This document shows positions 20,270-35,742 of a stretch of DNA of 64,000 bases, piece by piece. The first letter of the stretch is position 1, and the number at the start of each line of letters is the position of its first letter. The stretch comes from the human T2T-CHM13v2.0 reference genome, Homo sapiens. The position numbers and the translations under genes were made by a program. The notes beneath the pieces are model-generated. The model ran no database searches. It worked only from the letters and a program-made list of their open reading frames with translations, and was not told the origin of the DNA. The stretch covers positions 34,816,001 to 34,880,000 of the forward strand of contig CP068257.2 in NCBI GenBank assembly GCA_009914755.4, given 5' to 3'.

Positions 20270-21180
20270 AGAATACTAAATTTTATAACAGAAGTATCTG
20301 AGGGGCTACAGATGGAAAAAGAGGATACCGCTTCCACTCAGAGGGTTGTCTGGGATGTCACCACTGTGCACACATATCAGGAGGGAGCTGGGAATCACTT
20401 GCCATCCAGGTTCAAGGTCATCCAAGTATAGCACTGGATGTTCCCATTCTCACAACCTCTTCCCCATTCTGGGCCTTCACTGCCTCCAACTCATGTCAGC
20501 AAGATCATGATGAGCTCCTACCTAAGGCGGGCCTCAGCTTCCCCAGATACCTGTTGAAGCCACTAGACCAAAACTCTCCTATATTTTCCGGGCTGGTCAG
20601 TCTTACCTTCTGGCTATGTCTTATGCTGGTTGGGAACTTACACAAATGCTTTATTTTGGAAAAATGCCTGGGATGACAAAAAACAAATCCGAGACCTCCC
20701 CAGAGCTGGAGGCCTTGGAGGCTCCCCGGCAGGAGCTGGTGGGCTCCCGGCAGGAGGGAGAGCTTGAGCCAGTCAATCATTTACCCAGCAAGCATGGGGA
20801 AGGTGGTGAGCTTTTCAATAGAAAGCCCTCAGGAGAAAGGAATTAAAGTGCGTATTGTGCTGGGCTTTCCTGGGGTGAAGCTGGCAGAGCAAGAGGTGAG
20901 GTGAGGAAGAGGCAGGTGATTAGCCCCCGCAGGGGCTGGGCCTTCCCTGATTTATGGGGTGACCCTCACTGGCCTTTCCCAGGCAGGAAATGGGCTGTTT
21001 ACTAATGCCTTCCCCCTGCCACACACCTGTGAAAGCCAGTTGGTAGTATTTTAAAATAATTTACTAGAATGAAGTTTCTGTGTTTTCCTTTGGATAGTTG
21101 CCCAGTAACTGGCTTTGTGTTTTTTATTTTTTTAAAAATGGCTTAAAATATGCAGGATCTTAAGCTTCAATATTTCTGTT

Positions 21181-21219
21181 TGTCTCTCTCTGTCTTTGTC
21201 TCACTATCTGTCTGTCTCT

Positions 21220-21264
<45 letters not shown>
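21181..21264. repeat. (TCTG/TC)-rich tract followed by (CA)n microsatellite (~17 repeats)
   Basis: tgtctctctctgtctttgtctcactatctgtctgtctctcat(ac)n. Confidence 0.9.
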
Positions 21265-21266
<2 letters not shown>

Positions 21267-24069
21267 GTGTCTCAGGCAAGAAAGGGGTCCTCACCCTAGG
21301 AGATGTAAGATGGCTTTTCTTTAAATCGTGGAAGTCTTAGTTAATTCTTTTTAAACTAATTCATCACTGGCTCTGGGGCTTCTCTGCTTTCTCCTCCTTC
21401 CTGCCACAGTGACCTTAAGCCACAGAGCATTGCCAATTCTAATTTTGTCTAAAATTGGTGCTTCTGGCAGAAGAAATGTGCTGTTGGCTTGCCTTTGAGC
21501 TTTGCCTGCCTCGGGTTAGCAAGGCCTCCGTCAGGGACTCTGTCTCCAGTCTACGCAGCATGCAAAGTCAGCCATGCTACCTGCCCTGACAGGGGCATCT
21601 GATGCCAGGTGAGGAGCCACCCATTCTGTTTGTAAGAGATGCAAAAACTGCCTTTGGGGGAATTGCAATTCATTCCCTTCAAGGCACTGAGATGGCCCTT
21701 ACAGTGCACAGATGAAAAACCACTGCCAATTTAGCATTGTATTCTAGGACAAATAGGGGAAGGCTCACTCTGAGAATGAACGATGGGCCCAGGTGCTTGC
21801 TGGCCTCAGGAAAGGTGCTCAGCTCCACCTCCTGTTCTGCTGCCCTCTCCTCCCCCAAGACCCACACACATGAAGTCCTATTGGGTCTCCATGTAGCTCT
21901 TAGGAACTATTTTACTAAACCGTCGCTTACGTGCAGTAGGAAATTTGAAGTTCCAGTTGCATGAAAGTTTTCTCATGGTGAAGGGACTTTACGGGCATCT
22001 TCAAGTCACGTGAGCAAATGCTTTACTTTTCTCAGCCCCAGTTTTCCCGTCTGTGGAAGGAGGGTGAGGATGGTGCTGACTTCTTGTGTGGCTGTGAAGA
22101 TCGAAGGTGGTAAATCTGTGCTGTTGATTGCTCCCTCCTCCTTGAAACGGGCTCTGCCCTTGGCTTCCAGGACGCTCCTCTTTTGGTTCCCCTTGCCCCC
22201 TGGGCATTTCTCACCTGGCTCCTGTGCTGAATCCCCCAGCCTCTGCTAGCTTCTATACGCCACTCTCTCTAGGGCTCGGCCCGGTCTCTCGGGTTCCTCA
22301 TCTATATTCACCTCCAGTGTGATCTTTTCTAGTTGCATGGTTTAAATTCCATCTCTGGGCCAATCTCTCCAGCTCAGGGCTGTCCCTGAACTTATATATC
22401 TAAGTACCCACTCAACTTCTCCACTCAAGGTAGCTCACACCAAATAGATGAGAGCAAACTTGATCTACCTCATCAACACCCATTCTTTCTGGAATCTTCT
22501 TAATTTCAGAAAATGGTAATGCTCTTCTTCCAGTCGATCCAGTCCCAAGCCTTGGCATCATCTTTAAAGCATCTTTTTTTTTTTTCACTCTGCATGCCTG
22601 GCCATCAGGAAACCCTATCAGCTCTACCTGCAGACCCATCCCCATCTCTTCCCACCTCTCCACTGCCACCGCCTAGTCCAGACCCACATGGAGTCTACCT
22701 GCCTGGATTGTCACCATCCATGCTTCTCCTTCTGCCTGGCAGTGGGGGACAGGGGGACCAAGGCAGGGAGGCAGGATGGCGTTGTGGCCAAATGTGGGGC
22801 TTTGGGGCCAGGATTTTTGGGTGCAAATTCTGGTGCTGTCTTTGATTTCTTACTATCAATAAATTGATTGTTATTATACACATTTCAAATTGTGCTGTAG
22901 TTTTCAAATTATTTCCATTCAGGACCGCAGTGGTTGACATGAAAGTGGGATTTCTGGGACATTTCAGAAGGCTTTGATTTCAAGAGGCTAAATCTATGAA
23001 ATCAATTAGGGTGTGTTGTCCAAGAGGGGAAACAGGTGCTTTCAGTATAGGAGGGGGCGGCTCCATCTCGGGAAACAGCTTCCCAGAAACTGCCTGGGAA
23101 AAAGGTTACTTTTTCTCTAGGGTCCTACAGGGTGGAAGATTCCAGTGCCTATTTAAAGGGAGGTATGAGGAGCACTGGGAGCTCCTAGGCTGTGAAGGCA
23201 TCAGGCCTGGCAATCAGTGGGAAACCAGGGCGACCCCAAGGACTGAAGACCGACGCCCCCTTCCCTTCTAAGTCTAGGGCCTCCCTTAGTGCTGGGCCCC
23301 TGAGACCCCCTCAATGCAGGGGTAGGGGACCAGAAAACATGGCTGACTTTAATTTACATTTTTTCCCCATAATGACTTTAGATCTCTCTGGATTGGAGCC
23401 AAATTTGATTTGATTAAGAGAAATAAAGAAATGCAGCATTCTTAATCCATAAGAGTCATGCTGTAAATTTATGCCTATAACAACAGTTTTCTGGAACACA
23501 TGAGTCAGACTCATGTTCCTTTTTCAGTCTGAAATGTGGGGTTGTGCATTGTACTTCCACAAGGAGATCATGCTTTTGTTGAAACAACCTTGGTTAAGAA
23601 ATCCTAGTCCCAAAGATTTGGGTGGATACAGGCATCTCTCATGGCCAAGGTTGTAATGTGGCAAAGAGGGGCTCAGAGGACCCGAGGAATGGCGAGAGCC
23701 AGAGAGAAGGGAGAGCCAGGTGCTGCATTCTTACACCTGTTTCCTGAGTGTGGGAACCAAGGTCTTACGAAGGTCAACTTCCTGTCTGAGCTGGCCAGCT
23801 TTTGGATGACGGAGCCACGCGTGTCCCTTCCTGTGTGCCAGTTCCTGTTTCCCATGGGATTCCATCTTGGCCCTCTGGGTCTGACATCACCTTTCATCCA
23901 ATCCAGCTAGGACCCAGTTAACACAAGCCCTGTAGAGTGATGGTTCTGCAAAGAGCCGAATATGGCCATGAAGCAATTCCCTGAGTTATTTGGATATAGT
24001 CTGGACATAAATGTGCTTAGATTATAGGTCATGTGTCTTCTTGAGTTAATGTATTCACCCCTTGCCTAC

Positions 24070-24188
24070 CTGTCTGGGTTCAAATCCTGGGTCTTTTTCT
24101 TACTTGCTCTGTGACCCTGGGCAAGTAACTTAATCTCTTTGTGCTTTAGTTTTCTCCTTTGTAAAATGGGGTTAAGAATAATATTTAG
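24070..24188 (+). mobile_element. MIR SINE fragment
   Basis: MIR core ..ctctgtgaccctgggcaagtaacttaatctctttgtgctttagttttctcctttgtaaaatggggttaagaataata.. Confidence 0.75.
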
Positions 24189-24508
24189 CTAGTGCGGTGG
24201 CTCACCCTTATAATCCCAGCACTTTGGGAGGCTGAGGCAGGAGGATTGCTTGAGCCAGCCCGGGAGTTGGAGATCAGCCTGGGCAAAACAGTGAGACCCT
24301 GTCTCTTAAAAAAAAAAAAAAAAAAAAATTTAGTCAGCTGTGTGGTGGTGGACACCTGTAGTCCCAGCTACTCAGGAGGCTGAGATGGGAGGATTGGTTG
24401 AGCCCAGGAGGCTGGACTGCAGTGAGCTGTGATTGAGTCACTGAACTCCAGCTTGGGTGACAGAGCAAGATCCTATCTCAAAAAACCAAAACAAAACAGA
24501 AAAAAAAT
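24189..24508 (+). mobile_element. Alu SINE with an expanded A-rich linker
   Basis: ctagtgcggtggctcacccttataatcccagcactttgggaggc.. (A)22 linker ..right monomer to a poly-A/(CAAAA) tail. Confidence 0.85.
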
Positions 24509-24682
24509 AATACTATTTATCTCACATTGGATCAAATTAATAGATGAAAAGTATGCCTGATACATAGTAAGTGATCAATAAATAGTAATCACTATTACTT
24601 TCACCTGAGGAAGAAAGCGAGCCATATGTTATTTCAGTAGTGACAGAATTCAGAGAAAGAGTTTGAAAAAGTTATTTTTTCA

Positions 24683-25126
<444 letters not shown>

Positions 25127-25320
25127 TTATAACTTAAAGAATAGATGACAACTGCTTGTTTTATCCTAAATAAATGAGGACCTCTCAGATCTCAATGCCT
25201 GGCCTAAATAGCATGGCAGATCCCAGCCTCCTCAGCTTCTCTGTGGTCAGATAAAGGCCAAGATGTGTTGCACCCACTCCTTCCAGAAGAGTCATCTGTT
25301 GCCTGGGGTCTAGAGGTTCA

Positions 25321-25638
<318 letters not shown>

Positions 25639-26524
25639 AAATATGTAAGTATGTGTACAGCTGTTCCTTCAATCCTCCACTCTTCAATATTGCTAGGAGG
25701 CCCCTGAGGGATTTTATCACAACATAGTTTATTAGGTATAAATGGCAGAGCCTAAAGCAATCAGAAGAGGGCTGCCTGGTGGGCACATGTTACCGGTGTG
25801 AGCCTTGGCCAGTGGAGAAGCAGGTGCCTGACCCACTCAGGCCAGGAGGAGGCACCAAGTCAGGAGAGCGTTAGCAGGCCTCAGGCCTTGTTGATTCCGG
25901 GGCTCTGGGCTGTGGGCTGCTTGGCCTGCCCTTTCGACACCAGTTCTCAAGCCTCTTGACCACTGTACTAGAGCCTCCCTGGCACTGATACCAGGGTCTC
26001 AGCAGGCCATTCAAGCGAGCCTGGCCAGCTGGCTACTGCGGCTCTTCCCTGCATGCAGTGACTGCTGGAACCCTGACTCCCAGACTGCAGAGAATAGAGG
26101 GACTTCACGTGACAGCCCCTCTGTGTGTAGGTCTCAGGCCAAGCCCTTCCATGGAGTGAGCTGTTTCCTCCCACATTCAGAGCCTCAGGTTGGGGACAGA
26201 GGCATGAGCAGGTGCTGTCCGAGGTGGGCCAAGGACATGAGCCCATGTGGATGTCAGAGCAGGCCCAGGCTCCCTGGGCTGCTGGGGGGTGTGTGTCACC
26301 ATGTGACTTAGATCATGGCCAGCAGGGATCAGCAGTGTTCTCAGAGCCATCAGGCCTCCCCCAGCTTCCCAGACATTTTTCGCAGCTGCAGGAACAGCCA
26401 CAGATGCTAGGACCTGTTCTCATTGCATCCAGGACTGGCCACCCCAGAAAAGAAGCCAGTGAAGTCCCAGTGGGGCCCTTGGGGGCAAGTGGTGCTCCTA
26501 ACTGGGCTTTTTGCCAAAGCCTAG

Positions 26525-26858
<334 letters not shown>

Positions 26859-27227
26859 CCGTTTCCTTCTGACTCTTGTTTTTTTACCAGTGGGGACCTA
26901 TTGCTCACAGGAAGAAAAAAACAGCGTCCTTATTTTGTGACTTCTGGCAACTGTCTTTTTCCGAGGAAGCCCCTTCCCTTCTGCCCTGCCTCTGAGTTCA
27001 AGCCGGGATGCAGCTCCTAGTGTTTTCAAGCGTCTTACAGATGGAGATCAGCCCCGTCTTCCTCCAACGTCCCCACCCCGCATCGGAGTCAGGACTCCAC
27101 GGTGCTGTGGTCAGCACGGCTGCATGGTCCTGCGACCCTGAGCCCCAGTGGGCTCTGACTGTGGTTACCAGCGCCTTAGGAGACAGAGTAACAGTCTGGA
27201 AGCAGAAACAGAGACTGTCCATTTCAT

Positions 27228-27576
27228 AAACAGCCACATCCGCAAGGTTTATTCCTGGATCACAAACCAACCCCACTGACCAAACTCCCAAGTCACTTTA
27301 TATTAAACTTGTTATCAAATCACCCACATAAATATATATAATAAATACAAAAACAGACAGGATTTTTTTTTTCAGTCTTTGGTATAGAGAGCTTTCTCCT
27401 CCTCTTATTTCCCCCTCTGTCCCTGTGCTCTAAAGACATTTCCTCGCATTCACATTATTTCCTTGGATACAAAAATTGCCCAGAAGTAAACTTTGTGCTG
27501 GAACCCCTGCCTCCATTGACAGTCCCGCCGGGGACCCAGCCCACAGCAGCCCAGGGGAGAAGCAGGCTGTGGGGAC
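27228..27576 (-). other. CLDN14: Putative CLDN14 3'UTR (stop codon to candidate poly-A site)
   Basis: Lies downstream of the TGA of the claudin-14 CDS on the minus strand. The minus-strand AATAAA (plus strand tttatt at 27247-27252) is followed by a GU/U-rich stretch. The 3' end is inferred, not verified. Confidence 0.4.
27247..27252 (-). promoter_or_regulatory. CLDN14: Candidate polyadenylation signal AATAAA for CLDN14
   Basis: Only canonical hexamer on the minus strand within about 350 nt downstream of the stop; a GU-rich downstream element lies at about 27185-27225. Confidence 0.35.
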
Positions 27577-28311
<735 letters not shown>

Positions 28312-29217
28312 CTAGGCCAGCCGGGCAGCTCCCTGGGCCCTCGGGGTCACGCCGCTCCTCAGGTGCCAGCCGGAGCCCTAATGAAGCCAAGGGAGGCGGG
28401 AGCAGGGAGAGAAAGGAAATGGGTTAAAGATTATCTCATGCACTTATTTCTGTCACCGAAACCAAGTTTTTCATAGGTGGTTGGTGTGGCAATTAGCATG
28501 TTCTCAAAAATAGTTTCTGAGACTTCACTGGGTGGGAGAGTAACTGCTTTCCTGGGAAGGTGGGATCTGAAGGGATGACAGCCGGACGCTGGCCTCAGGG
28601 AAGGGTTCCAGCCACCTGCCGGAAGTTCTGCTTATGTCCACCCTTGAGCACTGCTGCTGCATTGGCATCTCCTGTCCTTCCTGGTTCATCAGTAACCAGG
28701 AATAACAGTTGTTAAATCAACATGTATTATTCATGCCTTGGACTGACAGTGCTAAGGTGTGTGCCAGCTGTGACTTAGAATATAGCCCTGGGCGGTTGTC
28801 AGGATGAGGGGTTTTCTGAAGTAGGCAACTTCCCCACCCACGTGCTCGGGCAGGGAGAGGTTTAGTCCCCTCGGCAAGTCAGATGCTGCCTTCAGAATTC
28901 CAGAGCTGGATGTGACCTAGAGATTGTCAGCTGATGCCGGGGCAGGAATTTCCAAGGTCACAGCTCCTCAGGAGCTGCGGCAGGAGCACGGGCCAGCATC
29001 CCTCCTCTCCAGCACGGACCTCCGCTCCCAACACGCTCCCCATTCACTATGCCTGCTTGTGACTGGTGAGGGCTGTCCGAGGGTGACTTTATTATAAAAC
29101 AGAGGCTGCTACCTGGCTTTCAGGGATATGGGAATGCTGAGCCCTTTCAAAGGCTTTTAAAGAATTCTTAGCATACCAAAATCCAGGATACTTTTTCGGG
29201 ACAAGGACCCAGCATCA

Positions 29218-29736
<519 letters not shown>

Positions 29737-30034
29737 TCAGCGAGACCGGGCATTAGCAGCGAGCATTAGGAGGTCCCAGCCCTGGCTGCGCCCATCCAGT
29801 GGGCGACCTGGGGCTCAGCTTCTTTTTTGGTTCTGAAGGGAGAAAAGGGAAGCGTCTCTGCTGATGACAAGTCACTTCAGCGTCCCAAACCAGCAAAGAA
29901 TCAGTAGGCAAAACCTGCTTCTTCTTCTGCAGAGAGCTGAGCCTCAGTTAAGCAGTGCAGGCTGCAGGCAGGAAAAGCGGGTCTGCAGGGTGTTGCCCAT
30001 GAGACCCTGGGACATTGTCAAGAAATCCCCATCG

Positions 30035-30360
30035 GGGCTCGGCGGCTCACGCCTGTAATCCCAGCACTTTGGGAGGCTAAGGCGGGTGGATCGCTTAAGG
30101 TCAGGAGTTTGAGACCAGCCTGGCCAACATGGTGAAAACCTGCCTCTACTAAAAATACAAAAATTAGCTGATCGATGGTTGTGTGCACCTGTCATCCCAG
30201 CTACTCAGGAGGCTGAGGCAGGAGAATCGCTTGAACCGGGAGGCGGAGGTTTCAGTGAGACTGGATCATGCCATTGCACTCCAGCCTGGGCAACAGAGCA
30301 AGACTCTGTCTTGAAAAATAAATAAAATAAAATGAAATAAAATAAATCAATAAATAAATC
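30035..30360 (+). mobile_element. Alu SINE with an (AAATA)n tail
   Basis: ggggctcggcggctcacgcctgtaatcccagcactttgggaggc... to ..aaataaataaaataaaatgaaataaaataaatcaataaataaat. Confidence 0.9.
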
Positions 30361-30586
30361 CTCTACTAGATGTAAATCACTTGGTAAGTAAATAATTAAT
30401 AACTGATGCTTCCACTGGGAGTCTAAACCATCATCTTGCTAATTTAAAAACATATACTGGGTTTAAATACTTTGGCATTGTAGGAGGTAATTGGTTCTGT
30501 CCTGGTGAATGAACAAACAAAAATAAATAATAACAAAACAACGTGGTGCCTCACAGGACACGGAGTGGACTGAAGGTGTGTCCAGG

Positions 30587-30973
30587 TGATAGGGTTTGGA
30601 TTTGTGTCCCCACCCAAATCTCATGTCGAATGGCAGTCCCCAGTGTTGGAGGAAGGGCCTGGTGGGAAGCAAATGAATCACGGGGGTGGACCTCCCCCTT
30701 GCTCTTCTTGTGATAGTGAGTGAGTTCTCACGAGATCTGGTTGTTTAAAAGTGTGCAGCACCTGCCTGCTCCCCTCTCTCTCTTCCTCCTTCTCCGGCCG
30801 TGTCATGCCTGCTTCCCCTTTGCCTTCTGCCGTGATTGTAAGTTTCCTAAGGCCTCCCCAGCCACGCTTCCTGTACAGCTTGTGAGAGCCAATGAAACCT
30901 CTTTTCTTTATAAATTAACCAGTCTCAGGTAGTTCTTTGACTCAGGTTGCATTGCGAGAACGGACTGATACAC
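30587..30973 (+). mobile_element. ERVL-MaLR solo LTR, MST-family (MSTA/MSTB-like)
   Basis: Begins tgatagggtttgg.tttgtgtccccacccaaatctcatg..; contains ..gtgatagtgagtgagttctcacgagatctggttgtttaaaag..ttataaattaaccagtctcaggta..; ends ..gaacggactgatacac. Confidence 0.75.
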
Positions 30974-32751
30974 CGAGTATTTTTCTGCTGCTGTTTTTCT
31001 GCTGCTGCTTTGGGTGACTATTTGTTCACAGCCCAGAATTTGCCACACGCACTATGCACGATGCTGGCTTTGCACAAAGCCTCTCTTCCCTCCACTCAGC
31101 AAGCACTCACTCTGTCCAGGGGCTAGGGACGCCATCACAGTCCCTGCTGGCCAGAGAAGGACCGGGGCCGGCTGTCCTATGCTCACTGCCCTGGGGGAGG
31201 TGCTGGCAACAAGGCCAAGGTGGCCACCCTGATAGGCACAGCCAGAGGGGGTGCCAGCGGACCCACCCTGCACCCTGAGCACACCGATGGCACCAGCTGA
31301 CTGAGCCTGAGCATGGTTTGAACACTGACACATTTCCTAGTTTATTCCCAACAACCTAATGTGGCAGTGACTGTTACCATCCCCTTTTTACACATGGGGA
31401 AACGAGAGGAGCAGAGGATGAAAGTTCTGTGCCTGGCCTGGCTAGTGTTCTCCTTGCTGTCATTTCCCCTTTAAGAAACACTACCTGCTTCAATGACATA
31501 GGACTGAAGTTAGTGTAAGGGCTGAGGGATGGTGTGAGCAACAGATTCTCCTTCCCACAGAGATCTCAGAACAATGGCCTTGCCCCTTTTGCAGTGGTTT
31601 GGGCAGCCAGGGCAACCAACTGCCCTGCTTTGCTAGGGACTGAGGGGTTGCCCAGGACAGGGACCTTCAGGGCTGAAACTAAGACAGTCCCAAGGAAACC
31701 AGGACCAGAGGCTCCTCCAGGTGCCCAGATCTCCGAATGGCCTCTGAGATCTCTTCCTGCCCTGCTTTGAGGCTGCCTCAAGGCTGACGGCCACACAGGG
31801 TGTCCCTGGTCCAAGCATAATGGGGCTTCTTGCAGCTCTCACTGTCAAGGTCAATAATTAAGTATACAGACCCTAAAGAATGTGGCATAAAAGCCAAGCC
31901 CATTAGGCTAGGCAAGTGGACCAGAGGTTTATTGGAGGTCTAAATATTTATGGAGAGCAATGATGGCTAATTTTAGAAACCATTAGGTTGCTATTTTTAA
32001 ACGTGTGCTATAAGGATTTGCTAATTTAAGAAGTGAGTGTTAATGAGCCCCCAACTCCCAGACACAAGCTCCCCAACCTGCTTTCCTTCTTCCTTACCAG
32101 CAGCTGCTACTGGCATTAGGTAATAATTCAACTTCCCCGCAACTACTTTTCACTTTGGGGCCTTTCAAGGGAAAAACAACTTTAACTGAACGCATCTCCC
32201 TGGAAGCCACATAAAATTCCTCCGTGATGCTCCGGAAGCGCCCTGCCCTGCAGGGCTGTTTGTATAGGAAGGAACTAGCCCAAGCCTGGCCTCCCAGGGG
32301 GAGCAGCCCATGCAGGGCTGAACTGGTGTTCACCTGTGGGCTACCATTTTCCTGCAGCCACGTGTGTGCATGTGGGAAGATTTGCTAGAGAGATACGGAT
32401 CCAAAACAAATAGGGTTCCAAGCATCAAGCTCTAGAAAGCCCTCGACAGGCTGAGTAGTGGTGGGAAGGCAGAATCTAACAAGATGTGTTAGAGGATCAG
32501 TACTGGGTCCTGCATTTGGGTTCACAAAACCCCAAAAGTACAATCCTGGGTGGGGAGTATGTGGCTTAGCTGCACCTGAGAGCAGGATTTAGGGCTGAGT
32601 TTCCCAACGACAGCATCTTGGAATGCTGCATTTGCAGGATGTCTTGTGTGGAGGACACAAATGTCAAATATGTTTAAGAAAACCTGCGTGACTGTAGGAC
32701 TTCTCATAGCTGGAAACGTGTCAATGTGCATCGTGACTCTCCCAGGAAATG

Positions 32752-32875
32752 TCTCATGGGCAGCATCCGCTAAACTTATTTGACTAGAGACACCCCCCTG
32801 CACCCCCTTTACCAAAGAACAATTTGCAATGAAATCACTTTGGCACAATAACTTGGACTTGGCAATGGTGAGATA
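32752..32875. repeat. Left arm of a ~125-bp inverted repeat (partner at 34141-34260)
   Basis: tctcatgggcagcatccgctaaacttatttgactagagacacccccctgcaccccctttaccaaagaacaatttgcaatgaaatcactttggcacaataacttggac..aatggtgagata; about 88% identity to the reverse complement of 34141-34260. Confidence 0.85.
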
Positions 32876-32886
32876 GAGTGGGTTGC

Positions 32887-33745
32887 TGTATTAGTTTGTT
32901 CTCATGCTGCTATGAAGAACTGCCCGAGACGGGTAATTTATAAAGGAAAGAGGTTTAATTGACTCACAGTTCCGCAGGACTGGGGAGGCCTCAGGAAACT
33001 TACAATCCTGGCAGAAGGTGAAGCAAACACATCCTCTTTACATGGCAGCAGGAAGGAGAAGAATGAGGGCTGAGCCGAGGGTGAGGCCCCTTATAAAACC
33101 ATCAGATCTCATGAGAACTTACTCACTATCATGAGAATAGCATGGTGGAAACCACCGACATGATTCAATTACCTCCCACTGAGTCCCTCCCCACGACACG
33201 TGGGGATTATGGGAACTACAATTCAAGATGAGATTTGGATGGGGACACAGACAAACCATATCATTCTGCCCTGGCCCCTCTCAAATCTCATGTCCTCACA
33301 TTTCAAAACACAATCATGTCCTTCCAACAGTCCCCCAAGGACTTAACTCATTCCAGCATTAACTCAAAAGTCCAAGTCCAAAGTCTCGTTTGAGACAAGG
33401 CAAGTCCCTTCTGCCTATGAATCTACAACATCAAAAGCAAATTAGTTACTTCCTAGATAGAATGGGGGTACAGGCATTAGGTAAATACCCCTATTCCAAA
33501 TGAGAGAAATTGACCAAAACAAAGAGGCTACAGGCCCCATGCAAGTTCGAAATCCAATAGGGCAGTCATTAAACCTTAGAGTTTTGGTCGACTTCATCCC
33601 CAGCAGAGAGAGTATCAGAAAACGACAGAGCGGTAAAGAATTTTGAAAATCTGTGAAAGGCAATTGTGAAATGCTAGAGCTGCTATAGGCCCTTCCAACT
33701 GGCTCTGGTTTCAGGATCACCAGCTCTGAAGGGAGGGGGTTTTTC
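32887..33745 (-). mobile_element. ERVL-MaLR element of the THE1/MST family: 3' LTR (32887-33262) plus adjoining internal sequence
   Basis: Plus strand reads the antisense LTR tgtattagtttgttctcatgctgctatgaagaactgcccgagacgggtaatttataaaggaaagaggtttaattgactcacagttccgcag...ggggacacagacaaaccatatca. It is followed by antisense MaLR-internal sequence (..catgtcctcacatttcaaaacacaatcatgtccttccaacagtcccccaag..). Confidence 0.75.
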
Positions 33746-34140
33746 TGTGTGTGTCCATATAAACTTTTATGTTGTCTCCCTCTGTTTTCTCTGAGCTATG
33801 TTTTTCTTTAAAAAAGCAGGGTTCTGGAGCACACAGTAGGGTGCCCTCATTTTGCTCACCTCCTGGCCCACCTGGACCCCAGCTGCGTCAACTTTGGCTC
33901 CAAATTAATCATCATTTCAACAGCAGTGGCCATGGGGATCGCCTGGCCAGGACTGAGGGGTGGACGTGTTGTTTACCAGCCTGCGTCTTGACTGCCTGGG
34001 GTCCCTCCCTGGGCATGTCTGTTTCATCCTTCACTTTGTCCTATCTTCAGAAGTCCTTTCTCTAGTTCTTCAGGGTGTGTGCTGGGGCCTCTGTCAGTCC
34101 AGGCTTCTTGGAGGGGTGCGGGGGTGGGACGAGGCCACCC

Positions 34141-34260
34141 TATCTCACCATTGGTCCAAGTGACTGTGCCAAAGTGATTTTACTGCAAGTTCTTCTTTGG
34201 TAAAGGCGGTGGTGGGGGGTGTCTCTAGTCAAATAAGTTTAATGGATGCTGCATATGAGA
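34141..34260. repeat. Right arm of the ~125-bp inverted repeat, itself flanked by a 33-bp direct repeat
   Basis: Reverse complement tctcatatgcagcatccattaaacttatttgactagagacacc... aligns to 32752-32875. The direct repeats ccaggcttcttggaggggtgc.gggg/a.tgggacg/atg lie at 34099-34131 and 34261-34293. Confidence 0.85.
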
Positions 34261-34894
34261 CCAGGCTTCTTGGAGGGGTGCAGGGATGGGATGGGTGGGG
34301 TGTTTGAGTCCCTTACTCTCCTTAACCCTCAGCAGTCTCACCTGCTACTGTCACCTCATCCCTTGCAAAATCAGCCCCTGTGATGAAAGCTTTCCTATGG
34401 ACACACATTGCTCCGTGGCCCTTGTCTACCCACCTTGGTGAAAGAAATGTCAGCCCCAGATGGGAGGGGTGGAGGACATCAGCGGGGAGCTGGGGCACAA
34501 GCCAGGTGTGTGGTGGAAGTTTCTTTACCCAGAACTGCCCTGAGCCCTACTGTGCAGGTAGAGAATTGGAGGATGTGGCCACCAGTGCCTTTTGCCTGCC
34601 ATGTGGTCTGAATGGCTCTCGAGATGTTTGGGAACGAGCCATTATATATGTTTGCCCTCAAATGCTCTGACATGATGTTGGGTCCATTATAGAAACAGCG
34701 TAAAACTTGATTTGCTTTCTGTAAACTTATTAGAGAAAAATGAAGTGCCACCTTCAAATGAACATAGTCATTGGCCCTTCAACGTTGATGTTCAGCCACT
34801 TCAGAAAATGTCTGGTTCAAAAACCTGAATGTCCTCACTGTCACCCCAACCAAATGGCCTCTTCATTACTGTTTAGCTATTTCATAAATGCTTT

Positions 34895-35186
34895 AGGCTG
34901 GAGATGGTGGCTCACACTTGTAATCCCAGCATTTTGGGAGGCTGAGGTGGGCAGATCACCTGAGGTCGGGAGTTTGAGACCAGCCTGGCCAACATGATGA
35001 AACCCCGTCTCTACTAAAAATACAAAAATTAGCCGGGTGTGGTGATGCATGCCTGTAATCCCAGCTACTTGGAGGCTGAGGGAGGAGAATCGCTTGAAGG
35101 TTGCAGTGAGCTAAGATTGCACCACTGTACTCTAGCCTGGGTGACAGAGTGAGACTCTGTCTCAAACAAAAGAAAATAAACAAAAT
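34895..35186 (+). mobile_element. Alu SINE
   Basis: TSD cataaatgctt on both sides. Confidence 0.9.
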
Positions 35187-35259
35187 CATAAATGCTTGAA
35201 TTTAGGAACTAAAAATAAACTCAGGGGAGATTTGGATTCATTTAGATAAGACATATTAG

Positions 35260-35742
<483 letters not shown>

